64,000 nt of DNA from positions 2,170,001-2,234,000 of the forward strand of contig OX597838.1 of assembly GCA_951406725.2 (NCBI GenBank). The letters run 5' to 3'. Origin of the DNA: Octopus vulgaris (taxonomy: Eukaryota). A model generated the notes under the pieces. It saw nothing but the letters and a program-made list of their open reading frames with translations. It had not been told where the DNA came from and made no database searches. The position numbers were made by a program, and so were the translations under genes. Of the stretch, positions 41,951-56,561 are shown one piece after another. Within the stretch, counting starts at the first letter, position 1, and every line of letters begins with the position of its first letter.

Positions 41951-42028
<78 letters not shown>

Positions 42029-42032
<4 letters not shown>

Positions 42033-42170
42033 GCAAGCGACATACCGAATGTATATGTTACATGTATATGTTATATGTGGAGTTACATTTGTAAAGAATA
42101 GAAAGAAGCGGTCTTTGACTGCTATTTCTAACTTTTCGGTATGTGGGTAAGCAACCCGTTGCTTGCCCTT
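42029..42170. mobile_element. Tiny fold-back element in (TA)n
   Basis: AAGGGCAAGCGAC/GTTGCTTGCCCTT and ACATACCGAA/TTCGGTATGT arms; shares CTGCTATTTCTAA..TTCGGT.TGTGG with the tail of the 54271 element. Confidence 0.65.
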
Positions 42171-42317
42171 TTTATTTTTTTATATATATAGAACTTTTTA
42201 AAATGGTTCCTACCGATAATGGTTATATTTCCATACCGAAATCTACCGGGAAATAATTGTTGATTTTGAAATTAATAATATTATTTACCTTTATATTATT
42301 AATAATGGTACACACAC

Positions 42318-42404
<87 letters not shown>

Positions 42405-42414
42405 CATATATATA

Positions 42415-42570
42415 TATGACAGGCTTCTTTCAGTTTCTGTGTACCAGACCCACTCACAAAATTTTGTTCGGACCGTGGCTATAGCAGAAGATACTTGCCT
42501 AAGACACCACTCAGTGGGATCGTTAAACCATGTGGTTGTGAAGCAAGCGTCTTACCCTACAACCACGCCC
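42415..42570 (-). mobile_element. CORE-like SINE, 5' part
   Basis: GGCTTCTTTCAGTTTC...GAAGATACTTGCCTAAG...CCATGTGGTTGTGAAGCAAG. Confidence 0.75.
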
Positions 42571-42961
42571 ATGTGGCCTAGAATCGACTGGTGAGGTTGC
42601 ACGTCGTCACGTGGTAATTCTGCAGAAATGTCGTCTTCTCTATTTCATGAGGAATTTAGAAAATATGTTTTATTGTTTGACAGCGATCGCGTAGACTATG
42701 ACTGCGTCGTGTACAGAAGATGGAATGTGTGTGATGCTATGGCACTGACAACTATAATTATTATTGATACCATTATTGATCTTCATTAATATCTATTTAT
42801 TAATGTGTTGTTATTGATCTTACCCAATTACCCATTAATTACCCGCCACGTCAGGCCACGTCAGGCCAAGCCACCCTGCAGTGTGTCTACCTTGTTATTT
42901 TCCCTCCTATTTCAGCTTTTCTACAGCTCCTAATAACCTGGACACCTGTAGCCAATAAAAG

Positions 42962-43449
<488 letters not shown>

Positions 43450-43532
43450 TAAAATAGGTGTTGTAAGCGTATATGATATGTTAACTGGAAAAATAAGTTG
43501 CTTTACCATATACATACAGATATCTATCAATT

Positions 43533-43572
<40 letters not shown>

Positions 43573-43573
43573 G

Positions 43574-43618
<45 letters not shown>

Positions 43619-44271
43619 CGTACGTGTGTATGTATGTATATTTGTACACACACACACATATGTATACATATATAAATACATGCACAGGGAGGTGGTGAGT
43701 AGATAGCAGTGCGAGAGAGAGAGAATGAGAGAGATATAGATATACAGAGAGAGAGCGGGAGAGTTAACAGAGCAAACAAAAAAGACAGCCCGACAGACAG
43801 ACAGACAGATATGTAAGGAATCTATCGATATTTCCGTACAAAGCTCTTAAGTAATAACCGTTAATATCCTAAGACAATTTCTGAAACATTGTGTAAACGC
43901 CTCGAAAGTTTTCTAAAATCGTCGAATCACTTGGAAATTGTGTCTAAACAAATGAAGACCTTAATTGAGAGTTTGAATGGGATTTTAGTGGCTCTGGAGC
44001 GCACAACACGCTCAGGTGGAGAGCCATTGAGAAAGGTGTTGCCATCACACAAACACACACCTATATACAGGTGAGCGCGTCTACATACATACATACTGGT
44101 ATTCATAGATACATGCATATACATACATATATGTGTGTGTGTGTGCGTGCGTGTGTGTGTATGTAGGTATGTTTGTACGTATATATATATATATACCTGT
44201 GTGCATGTGTATGTATAGATATGTATGTATATATATACACATACATATATATATATATGTATGTATATAGT

Positions 44272-44315
<44 letters not shown>

Positions 44316-44347
44316 CATACATACATATATATATATATTTGTGTGTT

Positions 44348-44386
<39 letters not shown>

Positions 44387-44553
44387 ACTGTATATATATA
44401 TATATATAGCAGTATATACGTGTATACCTAAACGCTATTGGTTATGTCATTTGCTTATTTTGCATTGCAGGGTGCCAATACTTTTAGGCTGATAGCAAAA
44501 TTCAACGGCTGATAACTATCTATACAGTAAATTCCAACCCTACCACCACTTTC

Positions 44554-44588
<35 letters not shown>

Positions 44589-45539
44589 CTCCATTTCTCT
44601 ATATCTTTTCCCACCTGAATGTCCTTATCTCTCTCCCTCTCCTACATCTGCCTCTGTATATATACATGAACAGATACGCACACAGGCACACACACATATG
44701 TATATACAAATGTTAAGACATATATGTGTGTGTGTGTATGCTAAGTGTAAATGTTATTCACAAGAAGACAAACCGAAGCAGCTTCTCTGCTGCGTTCCAT
44801 CGCCTCCACTCAAAATCGCTCTGATAAACGGTAGACACTTACACATATATATTCCTATATTTACAACACACAGACTCATCCAGCCATTCACCTGTTCACA
44901 CATAAACACATACCTTTAGAACACATACACACACACAAACACATAGACGCATAGCTACATACACACACATGCTCGCATACACACAGACACACATTCTGTC
45001 GCCAAAAAAGTTTATTCACCTTAATAATAAGACAGGATATGATAGCACTAAGTGTTCAATCTCCGGTTGTACCTTTTACGTATTTATAATACAAATATAA
45101 AAAATACGAACTTTATCCAAGAACCGTGGTTATTCTTGTTGTTGTTTTTTAGAAGTTAGTCGTGAGTAGTCGGCCATTTTGTATAACTTTTAGGAATTTC
45201 CTAGTTTTTAGCCGAAGACTGACTTTTGCTGAATGTCAATAGAACTAAATAACTATATAGTCAAAGAAATTTATGTTACTGGCACATTTTCGCACCAGCG
45301 TGATGGCACTAATCGTATGTATTAAGCGACTTTTACATTTTAAACACCGATAAAAAGCAACGCACTGCAAAGGTTTTTGTTTGAACGATAGCGAGGAAAT
45401 CTTACAAAATTTGATGACAGCTGAGAAGCAGCTCAAAGTTTCACGACAGCTGTGAAGTAACTTGCAATTTGACGATAGCCGGGAAATCTCACAAAATCTG
45501 ACTACAATCAGAAAATCTTACCGATTTTGAATGGCTGCA

Positions 45540-46150
45540 ACATAAGAAGTATATAATGAGCATATTTATAGAATTTAGTTGAAGAAAATCCTTTGTCTCT
45601 AATTTAGGAATAGTCCTTATTTAGTTGAAAACAAACCAACACTACTTTATAAGAATTCAAATGAAAACAGTTTTATTAATCAAATCTCAAACCACTTTTT
45701 GTAACTATGCAAAAATTTAAAGATTGCTATTTAACAGAGATAGTCGCTCACCGAGTTTTCTACCCGGAAATATTGAGCCAAACAGCACCGTACTATAAAC
45801 ATGCATTAACAAAGAATGGAATGTTACCCGTTTTGCTACACGAAAGTTTTCAAAGATTTTAACGTTTTTTTTTTTTAATGTTCTGTCTGCCTGAGAGGCT
45901 GATATTCTGAGTTCCGTTTAAGAATATGGTGATTCGTTGATTGAATTTTAGAGCACTCAAATGCACAAAGTTAACATAGGATTTCATTGTTATTTTAATG
46001 TTTTGAAAAATATATTTCTGATTTCATATTAAAAGACAAAGTAATCGAGTTTATGTTGGAAATAAATTTCAAATCTTTTATATCTACGCTAAAATGTTCG
46101 AACCTGAGAATTTTTTCAAATATAGTATCGATATTTTATGTCAATTGAGA
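45540..46150 (+). pseudogene. Decayed PLE RT C-terminal region
   Basis: SFINQISNHF..CKNL resembles YINKxSNHPP..KNL; EILSQTAPYYKHALTKNG resembles EIFxxAAPxYxxALxxSG; KVNIGFH..FNVLKNIF resembles KTNIGxxFFxLLDKHF. Confidence 0.65.
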
Positions 46151-46309
46151 TAATTTTTCACACTCTTCCCAGTCTGTATTATTATCTTACGTTTCTAGTA
46201 ACTAGTTTACTCTTTACCAAATTTGAAGGCAATAACTTATATATTATATCCCTGATGTGATATCAAGGCAAACACTTATACATTCTTATTCAATCCAACA
46301 TCTGAAACT

Positions 46310-46449
46310 ACGCTGGTTTTCCTCTCTGCAATTTATCGTCTCTCCATCTGTTTTCTTCCATCATTCTATTCTGTAGAAAGGCGTCAGCTCGAAACGTCAA
46401 AGACTCTTCCTCAGCGTCAAAAGTAATACAGTTTGTTTGTAGTTTCCTC

Positions 46450-46485
<36 letters not shown>

Positions 46486-46500
46486 TTTGTTTTCTGTTTA
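46310..46500 (+). mobile_element. Short HHR-variant element (degenerate core CTGTAGAA..GCTCGAAACGTC)
   Basis: Same layout as 62197-62385; HHR-like motif at 46367-46402 with mismatched stems. Confidence 0.65.
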
Positions 46501-46521
46501 ATTATGTGCGTGGTTGTATGT

Positions 46522-46569
<48 letters not shown>

Positions 46570-46594
46570 ATATATATATATTTATATATATATA

Positions 46595-46668
46595 GGGAGA
46601 GTTTACGAAAAAAAAAAAACAAAAGACGAAGACAGGTGGTGTACAAGACAAACAGATGTATTAGTATA
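46595..46668 (-). mobile_element. Inverted tail fragment of the HHR element family
   Basis: AAAACAAAAGACGAAGACAGGTGGTGTACAAGACAAACAGATGTATTAGT approximates the reverse complement of 62315-62367. Confidence 0.7.
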
Positions 46669-47311
46669 TATATATGTGTGTGTGTGTGGATAGATAGATA
46701 GAGGGCACTGCTATTACTGTCTACCACTATCTCTCCCACTACAACTATTCAGTCGAACGTATTTCTTGTTCGTTTGTATAGGTCATAGTTATATTTCCAG
46801 ACCTATGCACGTGGTACAATGTTTCTGCCACACAATAGATGGCGCTATTGTCCTAACTAAGCAACGCCCCCTTCCCTCACACACATACACACAAACATTA
46901 ATGCTACTGGACTTCTAATTAGTGCCAGAGGAATCTTAGTTTAGAAATGTTTCGAATTTGAGTAATTAAGATGAGCCGCATTATAAAGCCTATACGTCTT
47001 CTGTTACCCTACATATTATGCCTTTCAATCTAACTATTTATCTGTGAAGAAGTATACGGGTGTATGTAAATTTATATATACAGAGGTAGGTTAATAATTC
47101 AATCGATACACTTCCATATAGATACATAACCATTGAGAGAGGGAGAGAGAAAGAGAGAAACAGATAGACACACAGGCAGATATACAGACAGACAAGTATA
47201 GAATAGAATAGAACAGACTTGAATAGAACAGAATTCTATAGATAAATATATATATATATTGAAAGAAAGATAGATCGGTAGGTAGGTAGTAGATAGATAG
47301 ATAGATAGACA

Positions 47312-47458
<147 letters not shown>

Positions 47459-48192
47459 CAATCAACATATAAATAGAAAGATTGATAGACAGACATATTC
47501 ATGAACGCATTGATAGTATGTGAGATGAGGGTGGACGTGCAGGTCTCGGCCGAGGTAGTGTCCCTGATTATACGGGTACTATTGGGAGAATGAGCGGGGT
47601 GGTTGTTCATGGCGGTATGATCGTATTGTGGGTGTAGATATTATCGTTTAGTTGCTGTTGGTGGCCATAGTATTTATACTCTGACAGCGGATACAAATTC
47701 TGAACGCCGATGATACTGTTCTCACTCTTTCTCTCTCTTCCCACCCCTTCTCTCTCTCTCTCTCTCTCTCTCTAATGACTGTAGGGTTACATAATAGTTA
47801 AGTCATTATTATATAACATGATTATAATATCCTGGCCAGACGTTCGTTATATAACTCTGTTATGATATCCTGCGCAGACATTCGTCTGTTATTTAACGCT
47901 ATTTTATTGGACAATTAACACAAAGTGATTCATTTCAATATAATTTTTGCGTCTTGTCCAGTTGACATTGACGAGACGGCGGCCTGGTGTGAGAGCTGTC
48001 GATGATGCGGCGGCGGTCCAGGCGGAAGAGGAGAAGGAGGAAGAGGAGGCGGTGGAGGAGGTGGAGGAGGAGGATGAGAAGGAGGAGGATGAGGAGGATA
48101 AACAGGTGGAGGTTAATGGGACAGACCGGACAGGAGTGAGTGTGTGTGCACGTGAGAGAGAGAGGGAGAGAAAGAGAGTGTGTGTGTGTGTA

Positions 48193-48228
<36 letters not shown>

Positions 48229-50449
48229 TGTGTGTGTGTAAGCGAGAGAGAGAGAGAGAGAGAGATAGTGTGTGTGTGTGTAAGAGAGAGAGGGTTATGT
48301 GTAAGAGAGAGAGAACGAGAGAGTGAGAGAGAGAGAGACAGAAATTATCAACGTAACTCAAAAGAAGAAAAAGGCGAAGACGACGAGGAAAAATGATGAT
48401 GATGATGATGATGATGGTGGTGGTAGTGGTGGTGGTGGTGCTGGTGATGGTGGTGGTGGTGATGATGGTGATGGTGATGATGATGATGAGGATGATGATG
48501 ATGATGAAATCTTTCTCTCTATTAATCGTCTTTTCTGGTATCTAAATTTTCTCAAGTAAAACCGAAATTCACCGTTCTGTTTTCAATCCCTGAGCAGAGA
48601 ACCCCTCAATCAATGCGTTGAGTATCGTATTTCCTCTTCGCAATCTGTTGTAAATTAAGAATAGCGGTAACGGTAATTAATCCAAGAATCCAATTCTGTC
48701 TTTGATTAATAAATTTATTTGCTTTAAGGAATTTAAGAAATCTTGTAAATGTTAATGTTCGTTACTGAAAATTTTTGTAAGAATTCTTCATCCGATATTG
48801 ATAGATTTGTCTTTGAATTAAGGAATCATGAGTTACCGTTCACGGTTCTTTGAAGTACAGGTGTGCACCATTCTGTAGCTTCGTAAAATATGTCACGAGG
48901 TGTTTGGTGCTTATTGTGTAGAATCTGCTTTCGGCGCTAAGACATTCTGTCGAGTTGAAAGCCAGTCTTCCGATAGATGCAAACGTGTGTGTTTGTTTGA
49001 GGTGGGATAACTATGTTTGTGTGTGTGTGTGTGTGTGTGTGTGAGTATATGTGTGTGTGTGCATGTGTCTGCGTACACACATACTTATGTGTGCATATAT
49101 ATATATATGTATGTGTATGTATATATATATATATATATATATATGCTTACGTATATAGAGATGTACACATATATCTAAAGATATATGGATGCATAGAGAG
49201 GTAAATACGTATATGTATATATATGTGCATGTATTTGCATACATATATATGCGTATTATATATATATATGTGTGTGTATGTGTGTGTATACGCACATACA
49301 TACACAGACACACACACATATAACATTCGTATACACATTATGCTTATATATGTGTGTGCGTATACACACACACACATACATACATATAAGTAAATGTTTC
49401 GAACTGGATATATGGGTGAGTGAGGAAATATGAAACACCTCAAAGTCGAAAATAGCCGTGTCATTTTGAACACGGCTTCTCCTTCCTGACAGAACTCCAT
49501 AAATCTCTCAGCATCCTCTCCATTAATCTATCCATCATGTTATACCATCGCCATCTTATTCATCAATCAGTCCACCTTACCAAAGAACCATCATTTTGTC
49601 CATCAATCAGTCAACCTCTTCTACTCTATCTCCTGCCTTTTTATACACGTTCCGTCATTCGCTGCCGTTTCCTTGTACTTAGGGCGACTTTCCCCCGGAG
49701 TGGGTTGAGGCGGCTCCGACCGACGAGTTTATCACTCCCCCCCCCAAATGCTCGCTACATCCTACTGTTGAAGCGTAGAGTTTATTTTCGGAGTTTCAGT
49801 GGGAATAGAGTCACACATGTGGTTCCCGGCCACATGCATACACACTCGGGAATAGTGTGATCCGAAACAGCTCAACTTACGATTGACTGTCACAGAGGAT
49901 TCTCTGAGAAAGTCCCCGCTAATTATTCGTACCAAACATAGACTGGATTTGAAATTGCTTTCGAGACATGCTTTGAGAACAGATATGAGCTGCCACAATT
50001 CCAGTGGTCTTCCAGAACGCCGAACACCACCCAGAATTTCTGAGAGTTAATGCTAGATACCCGTTGAACTAACACTAAGTCCTCTTAAACATGGATTACT
50101 AATATACCCACACATACCTGGGTGGAAGGAACATTCTTATACTTCCGTATATGTTTCTAACATCGATAATGTTTTATAGTAATATAAACACGTACCCCAG
50201 TATATCACTGGTACTATACTTTATCGAACCCAAAAGATAACTAACAAAATCGACCTCGGAATACAAAGTGACGTCAACTAAAGACAGCTCTACAGTTTGG
50301 GCCAGTGCACCCAACATAGCCTGCAAAAATATTGCCACGCTTGTGTCAAGGGTGGAAGTTGCTGATGTCACAGATGTTGTTGTCTCTGTTCATGTTGCAA
50401 CTGTTGTTGTCATCGCTGGTTTCGTTGGTTTTCTTTTCTTTGGTCTTTT

Positions 50450-50897
50450 ATTCTTTTATGTTTCATTGGTCTTTTATTCTTTTATTCTTTTATGTTTCAT
50501 GGCTGCGGCCATGCTGGGGCACCGCCTTGAAAAATTTTTAGTTCAATGAATCGAGTCCAGTACTTTTTCGTTTTAAGTGTGGTGCGTATTCTCTCGGTCA
50601 CTATTGCCGAACCGCTATGTTACGGGAACAAAAACGCACATAAACATCGGTTGTCATAGGATGGTGGTGGGTCAATCACAGTTACACACACACACACACA
50701 TACACACACACACATACACACACACATTCATATATATACAACAGACTTCTTTCAGTTTCTGTCTACCAAGTCCACTGATAAGGCTTTGGTTCTCACTAAA
50801 GCTGCAGTAGAAGACACTTGCCCGAGGTGCCACGCTGTGGGACTGAACCGGGAACTCTGTGGTTGGTAAGCAAACTTCTTACCACACAGCCACGCCT
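50450..50897 (-). mobile_element. Full-length CORE-like SINE
   Basis: Head CTTACCACACAGCCACGCC, core GACACTTGCCCGAGG, tail GCGGCCATGCTGGGGCACCGCC. Confidence 0.9.
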
Positions 50898-51034
50898 AGC
50901 GTTATCGCTATCATCATCCTCGCTTTAAATCCTACAGTTTGTAGATCACTGATGTTGTTGTTGTTATTGTTGCTGCAGCTTCTTTTACTGCTGTTGTTCT
51001 TGTTGTCGCTTTTGTTGTCGTTAAAGGAATTCCT

Positions 51035-51225
51035 CTAACCAACAACTTTACGATTTGAGATCAAATTCCGCCGAGGTCAACTTTGACTTTTAACCTTTCG
51101 GTGTCGGGAAAATAAGTACCAGCCAGGAATTAGGGATTGCTGTACCAAGCTGAGAACTAGGGGTCGCTGTAATCGACTAACTCCCTTCACCTAAAAGTGC
51201 TGGCCGTGGGCCAGAATTTGAAACT
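51035..51225 (+). mobile_element. Nin-domain SINE
   Basis: GAGATCAAATTCCGCCGAGGTCAACTTTGAC..AAAATAAGTACCAG..GCTGGCCGTGGGCCAGAATTTGAAAC. Confidence 0.8.
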
Positions 51226-51786
51226 GAAACTGCTTCCGTCGTCACTTATGTTGTTGTCATCGCTTTGTTGATATCGTCATTTGAATTGTGTTGTTGTGGC
51301 TATTGTGGTTGTTGTTGTTGTTGTAGTTGTTGTTACTTCTGTTGTTATTGTTAGTGTTGCAGAGTGTTTTCATGCATGGAATAAAAAACAATTATGTCGA
51401 CCAGGAGAGCAAAACAAAGGCAAAAACAAACTTTAAAAAAAAATTGTACATAAATAAATAAAAAGACGATGAAATAGTTAGATGGGGAGGGGTCAGAGGA
51501 GAGAAGAGAAATTGATGTTTGTTTGGAGAATGTGATTGATGGGGTGGGTGGGAGATCGGAGTCAGTGAGGGTGGGGGGGCAAGTAAGATAAAGATATCCC
51601 TTTTCTATACACCCACATACCAGTGACCTTCAGCACTAAATACCGATTTATGTATGTATATGTATGTACATATATATATATATATATATGTACATATATT
51701 TATATATATATATATATATATGTATGTACATATATATATATATATGTATATATATTTATATATATATATATAAATATATATGTATG

Positions 51787-51903
<117 letters not shown>

Positions 51904-52017
51904 ATATATATATGCTTATTTATGTGTATATATATTTGTGTGTGTTTTTATATATGTGTACGTATGCTGTTTGTATATATGAGTATATATGTGTTTATAT
52001 ATATGTGTGTTTGTATG

Positions 52018-52077
<60 letters not shown>

Positions 52078-52513
52078 CACCAAACAATGGTACAGAGAGT
52101 ATTGGAGAGAAACGAGATAAATGTAATAATGTATGTATAGTAATTGACTCCGTCTATGTGGAGGGGGGTGATTAGATGTGTGTAGCTGCGAGTGTATATA
52201 AATATGTCTGTGTTTGCGAGCATGCGCCCATTAAGGTGAGTCTCTTGTCAATGATTTTGTATTTGTGCCTGGAACTGAGCCAGTATATATACATAATACA
52301 TACACACACAGACACATATATATATATTTACACATATATACACTCACACACATATATATATATACATAAATACACATATATTTATGTGTATATATATATA
52401 TATATGAATATGCATGTGTGAGTGTGTATGTATACATATATAAGTATTTATATACGTAGATCTACACATGCACACACGCTCACACACATACACGCACGCC
52501 TATATATGTCTAT

Positions 52514-52558
<45 letters not shown>

Positions 52559-53067
52559 GGTTTATGTAAATACACATATATACTTATGCGTGTATGCATA
52601 CGTATATACTCACTCGCACGACTCTGGCTTCTAAATCTCTTTCGATTAACATGATCTTTTCTGAAATAATGGTTTAAAATGGGTTATTTGAAGAATGAAA
52701 TAAGAACAAGGAAGAAAGAAAGAAAGAAACAAAGGATGAATGAATGAGAGACTGACAGAAGGAAGTAAAGAAAGAAAGAAATCAGGAAAAATGAATGAGA
52801 TTAGTGAAGAAGTTGATTATTCAATGAGCGTCCTGAAACTGATGACGGTTCTAACATAAAAACGGGTTAATGTGGGAGGCTGGAATTGAAATTATAGCCT
52901 TTATAAGACACCATACTTAGGGCAATACCGAATGTAGTGATACACTAATACATACCTGCCTATATACACGTATGCATGTATACACACTCATATGTGTGTG
53001 TGTAAGTAGATATATACACATACAATATATATACATCTCTCTCCTCCTCTCTCTCTTTCTGTCTATA

Positions 53068-53116
<49 letters not shown>

Positions 53117-53218
53117 TGGACTTAGGAGCACGTAGTAAGCGGTTTCCCGTGTTATTTGGGAGAAAATATTCATTTTCTTGTTATAAAGATTTAATAATAA
53201 TAATAATAATAATAATAA

Positions 53219-53800
53219 GATGCCCTGATGCAGTACCAGGCAGATGCCCTGATGCAGTACCAGGCAGTGGCTCTCATGGCTTCTGATCTTAACTGATTGG
53301 AAGTGTTATCATGTACATTGTTTTGTCTTGGTATAAAAGATGGGCTACAGCAAATATTCTGCTCAATACCACAGATTTGCTTGTCAGTTGTTTGACCTTA
53401 ACCAGTTGAGCATGTCCCTTAGTGGCTGACAATACGTGCATCTCTGATCACGAGCAGAAGTAGTGGGGGAGCATCATGGCCATGTGTTGAGAGCGATTCT
53501 TTGGAGTTTGAATGGTTCACCTCTGGAAACATAGGTGTTTCGTTCAACATCCTAAAGCAACCCTTATTCAGGGACCTTTTGAGCAGGATGGGCTACTCAA
53601 CCTGAAGAAAATTCTAACTGGGCCCCACCTGCAAGGTCATGTGCTGTTTATCTTGATATGAGATCACCATGTCGCGCACATATGGTTGTGATGCATGTGC
53701 CTGGTGTACCTTTATCAGACGGGTAGTCATGATGGGTATATTGGGTTTCATATATTTTACCCCAGTGTCACTTTGATGGCATGAACTGCTCTCTCACTCA
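53219..53800 (+). mobile_element. ~580-bp ORF-less retroposon-like insert in (TAA)n
   Basis: Complex sequence sharply bounded by (TAA)n on both sides; exact 24-bp tandem duplication GATGCCCTGATGCAGTACCAGGCA at its left end. Confidence 0.65.
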
Positions 53801-53856
53801 ATAATAATAATAATAATAATAATGAAATAATAATAATAATGATGATGATGATAATA

Positions 53857-54013
53857 AGGCCTGAAAAGTGGAGGAAGAGTCTACTCAATTACATTGACCC
53901 AGTGTTTCCCTTGCACGTAATTTATCGACCCCGAAAGGATGAAATACGGAATTTGAGCTCAGAACACGAAGAGAGACAATCAGCATTTTGTCGGGCATCC
54001 TAGCGATGCCGCC
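53857..54013 (-). mobile_element. Nin-domain SINE
   Basis: TTTATCGACCCCGAAAGGATGAAA..GGAATTTGAGCTCAGAAC. Confidence 0.75.
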
Positions 54014-54217
54014 TGTTCCCATCTTTAATGTTTCTTAATAATTAAGATTATTTTTAACTCGGTGCACGCGATCGAATCAACATTAGATCACAGGAGCCCT
54101 CGGTGAAGCGGTTGAGGAGGCAGAGGGGAAAAGGCAAGAAGAACAGACAGACGGAAGGAGCAAGGCAGAAGAGTAAGAAAAGGAAGAACAGCGGGTATGA
54201 TGCGATGACCCATTTGC

Positions 54218-54270
<53 letters not shown>

Positions 54271-54272
<2 letters not shown>

Positions 54273-54690
54273 AATAATAAAAGGGTAAAACTAATTAATT
54301 ATTAATTAATTTTACCAAGTAGTGTTCAGTATGTAAAAAGACCATTTACGGTATATTTTGAATTTGTTGGTACTGGCAGTCGAATATGGTTTGTCTGGGA
54401 TTACTCATATCAGACGGGTATGTTCGATTTTTAGTGCTCTTAAATCCAAATCAAAAGAAATCTTTGAGCTGACGAAGGAAATGTTGATCTTTATATTCAA
54501 GTAATCCAGAAACGGGCCGTTCTCAGGTAATCTTATATGCGTGTGATCTTTCGTTATTTTTCCCTCTGTACCTGTGTGAGTTATTTTTGTGTATGCATTG
54601 TCTGGGAGATTTTTCTTACAGTAGAAGAAATAGCTAAGATTTTTGGCTGCTATTTCTAAAATGTTCGGTGTGTGGTAAAGTACATTACTT
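54271..54690 (+). mobile_element. ~420-bp HHR-bearing element flanked by (TA)n
   Basis: ORF-less, bounded by (TA)n, contains the HHR at 54465. Confidence 0.65.
54465..54525 (+). ncRNA. Type I hammerhead ribozyme motif
   Basis: TGAG-CTGACGA-A-GGA..TTGA...TCAA..TCC-A-GAAA-C(GGGCC)G-TT-CTCA; near-palindromic ACGG(G)CCGU at stem III. Confidence 0.65.
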
Positions 54691-55079
54691 TATATATATA
54701 TATATACCATAGCGATCTCCTAATCGCATATGGTAACTCGTAAACTTTTCGTAGACGACCTGTGCACCAACTCTTTCCTTAGAAGTGCATTTATGTGCAG
54801 GTATATGTGTGTATGTGCGTATGTGTTTTTGTCCAAGTATGTATGTAAATTATCGATACACGCATGCGTCACAGCGCATATTCGAAAAATACATTTAAAC
54901 AAGAGATACTGCTTAACATAAACAGGACAGTGACAACAAACAGGAAGGGTTGCTAAGCCTAAACGACGTGGGGTGGAGAACGTGGAGGAACAAGCTTGGA
55001 CATGAGACGGACATACACACAAAAAAGAATGCACACACACACATTCACACACACACATATATATATACACACATATTCA

Positions 55080-55205
55080 TTATTCTTTTATTCTTTTACT
55101 TGTTTCAGTCGGTCCGAGGATCTAGTAGAAGCCACTTGCCCAAGGTGGCAGGCAGTGGGACTGAACCGGGGACCATGCGGTTGGGAAGCAAGCTCCTTAC
55201 CACAC
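55080..55205 (-). mobile_element. Internally deleted CORE-like SINE
   Basis: Tail CTTTTACTTGTTTCAGTC is joined to CACTTGCCCAAGGTG..GGGACTGAACCGGG. Confidence 0.8.
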
Positions 55206-55335
55206 ACATCCACTCCTCTGTGTGAGTGTGAGTGCGTGTGTGTATGTATGTATGTATGTATGTATGTATGTATGTATGTATGTATGTATGTATGTGTGTG
55301 TGTGTATGTATGTGTGTATGTATGTATGTATGTAT

Positions 55336-55600
55336 AAGCTCACGTGGCCTGGTGGTTAGTGGTTCTGCACACACGATCTGGAGACCGTGGATTGAATTTC
55401 TGGACAGTGTGATGCGTTGGTATCTTGAGAAAAAAACTCTTCGACTCACGTTTGCTCTACAAACACTCCGGTGCATTAGGTGTTGCACCCTTTCACTTCA
55501 CATCGATTTAAGGGAGGGAGTGTGCACAAATAATTGTACAGCACATATATTCTATCCCCAGGATCAAATCATTTGTGCAGGTTATTTAGCAAAACTTGAA
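55336..55600 (+). mobile_element. Old tRNA-derived SINE of a third family
   Basis: A box GTGGCCTGGTGGTTAG, degenerate B box GGATTGAATTTC, then TCTTGAGAAAAAAACT resembling a V/Meta-SINE core. Confidence 0.5.
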
Positions 55601-55686
55601 CCCTCGTAATTATTCCTCGACGGGAGATTCCGTCATGGACACACACACACACACACGCACACCCACACATATATATATAGATAGAT

Positions 55687-55733
<47 letters not shown>

Positions 55734-56523
55734 AACAATGCACACACACACAAACATATGATTGTCTATATATATATATATATATACATACACATACATG
55801 CACAGACACTCGGGCGTCCGCACATCTATACACGTATTTTAGTGTTATCAAAAGACAAAAGATATCCATTAGATATGTGAGAATACTGAGCTTCTGAGCT
55901 ATTGCTCAAAGTATGTGTGTAGAGTTGAACGCAATAGAAAAAAATTGTGCAAGTGGAAACTTACAAAATGGCGGCAACCCAATCCTATTTCTTAACAATA
56001 TGTGGTGTGACTGCGGAATACCAACAGTGTATGGAGAAAGCTGGGTTGCCGTAAGTGATGTGAAATGGGAGAGTATTCTTAGACTGTAATTTCAGGGGAA
56101 GTAATAATGAAGATATCGTTGTTATTGAGAAAAAAAGAATAAGAATATCCGCGTGAACATGAATATGCATACATAGATACATAGATACATAGATACATAC
56201 ATACATACATACATACATACATACATACATACATACATTCATACGTACATGTATGAGTATATGTCGATATAGGTGTATATATACATATACACATACATAT
56301 GTATACATATGTATACATATATAGATATATATAGATATATATAGATATATACATACCTGCATATATATATTCCTTTATATCCATGAGTCTATATATATGT
56401 GTGTGTGTGTCTGTGTGTGTGTGTGTATGTATGTATATATATATATATATACACATATACACATATATATGTACATATGTTTATATATATATATACCTGC
56501 ATATATATATATGCCTGTATATG

Positions 56524-56561
<38 letters not shown>

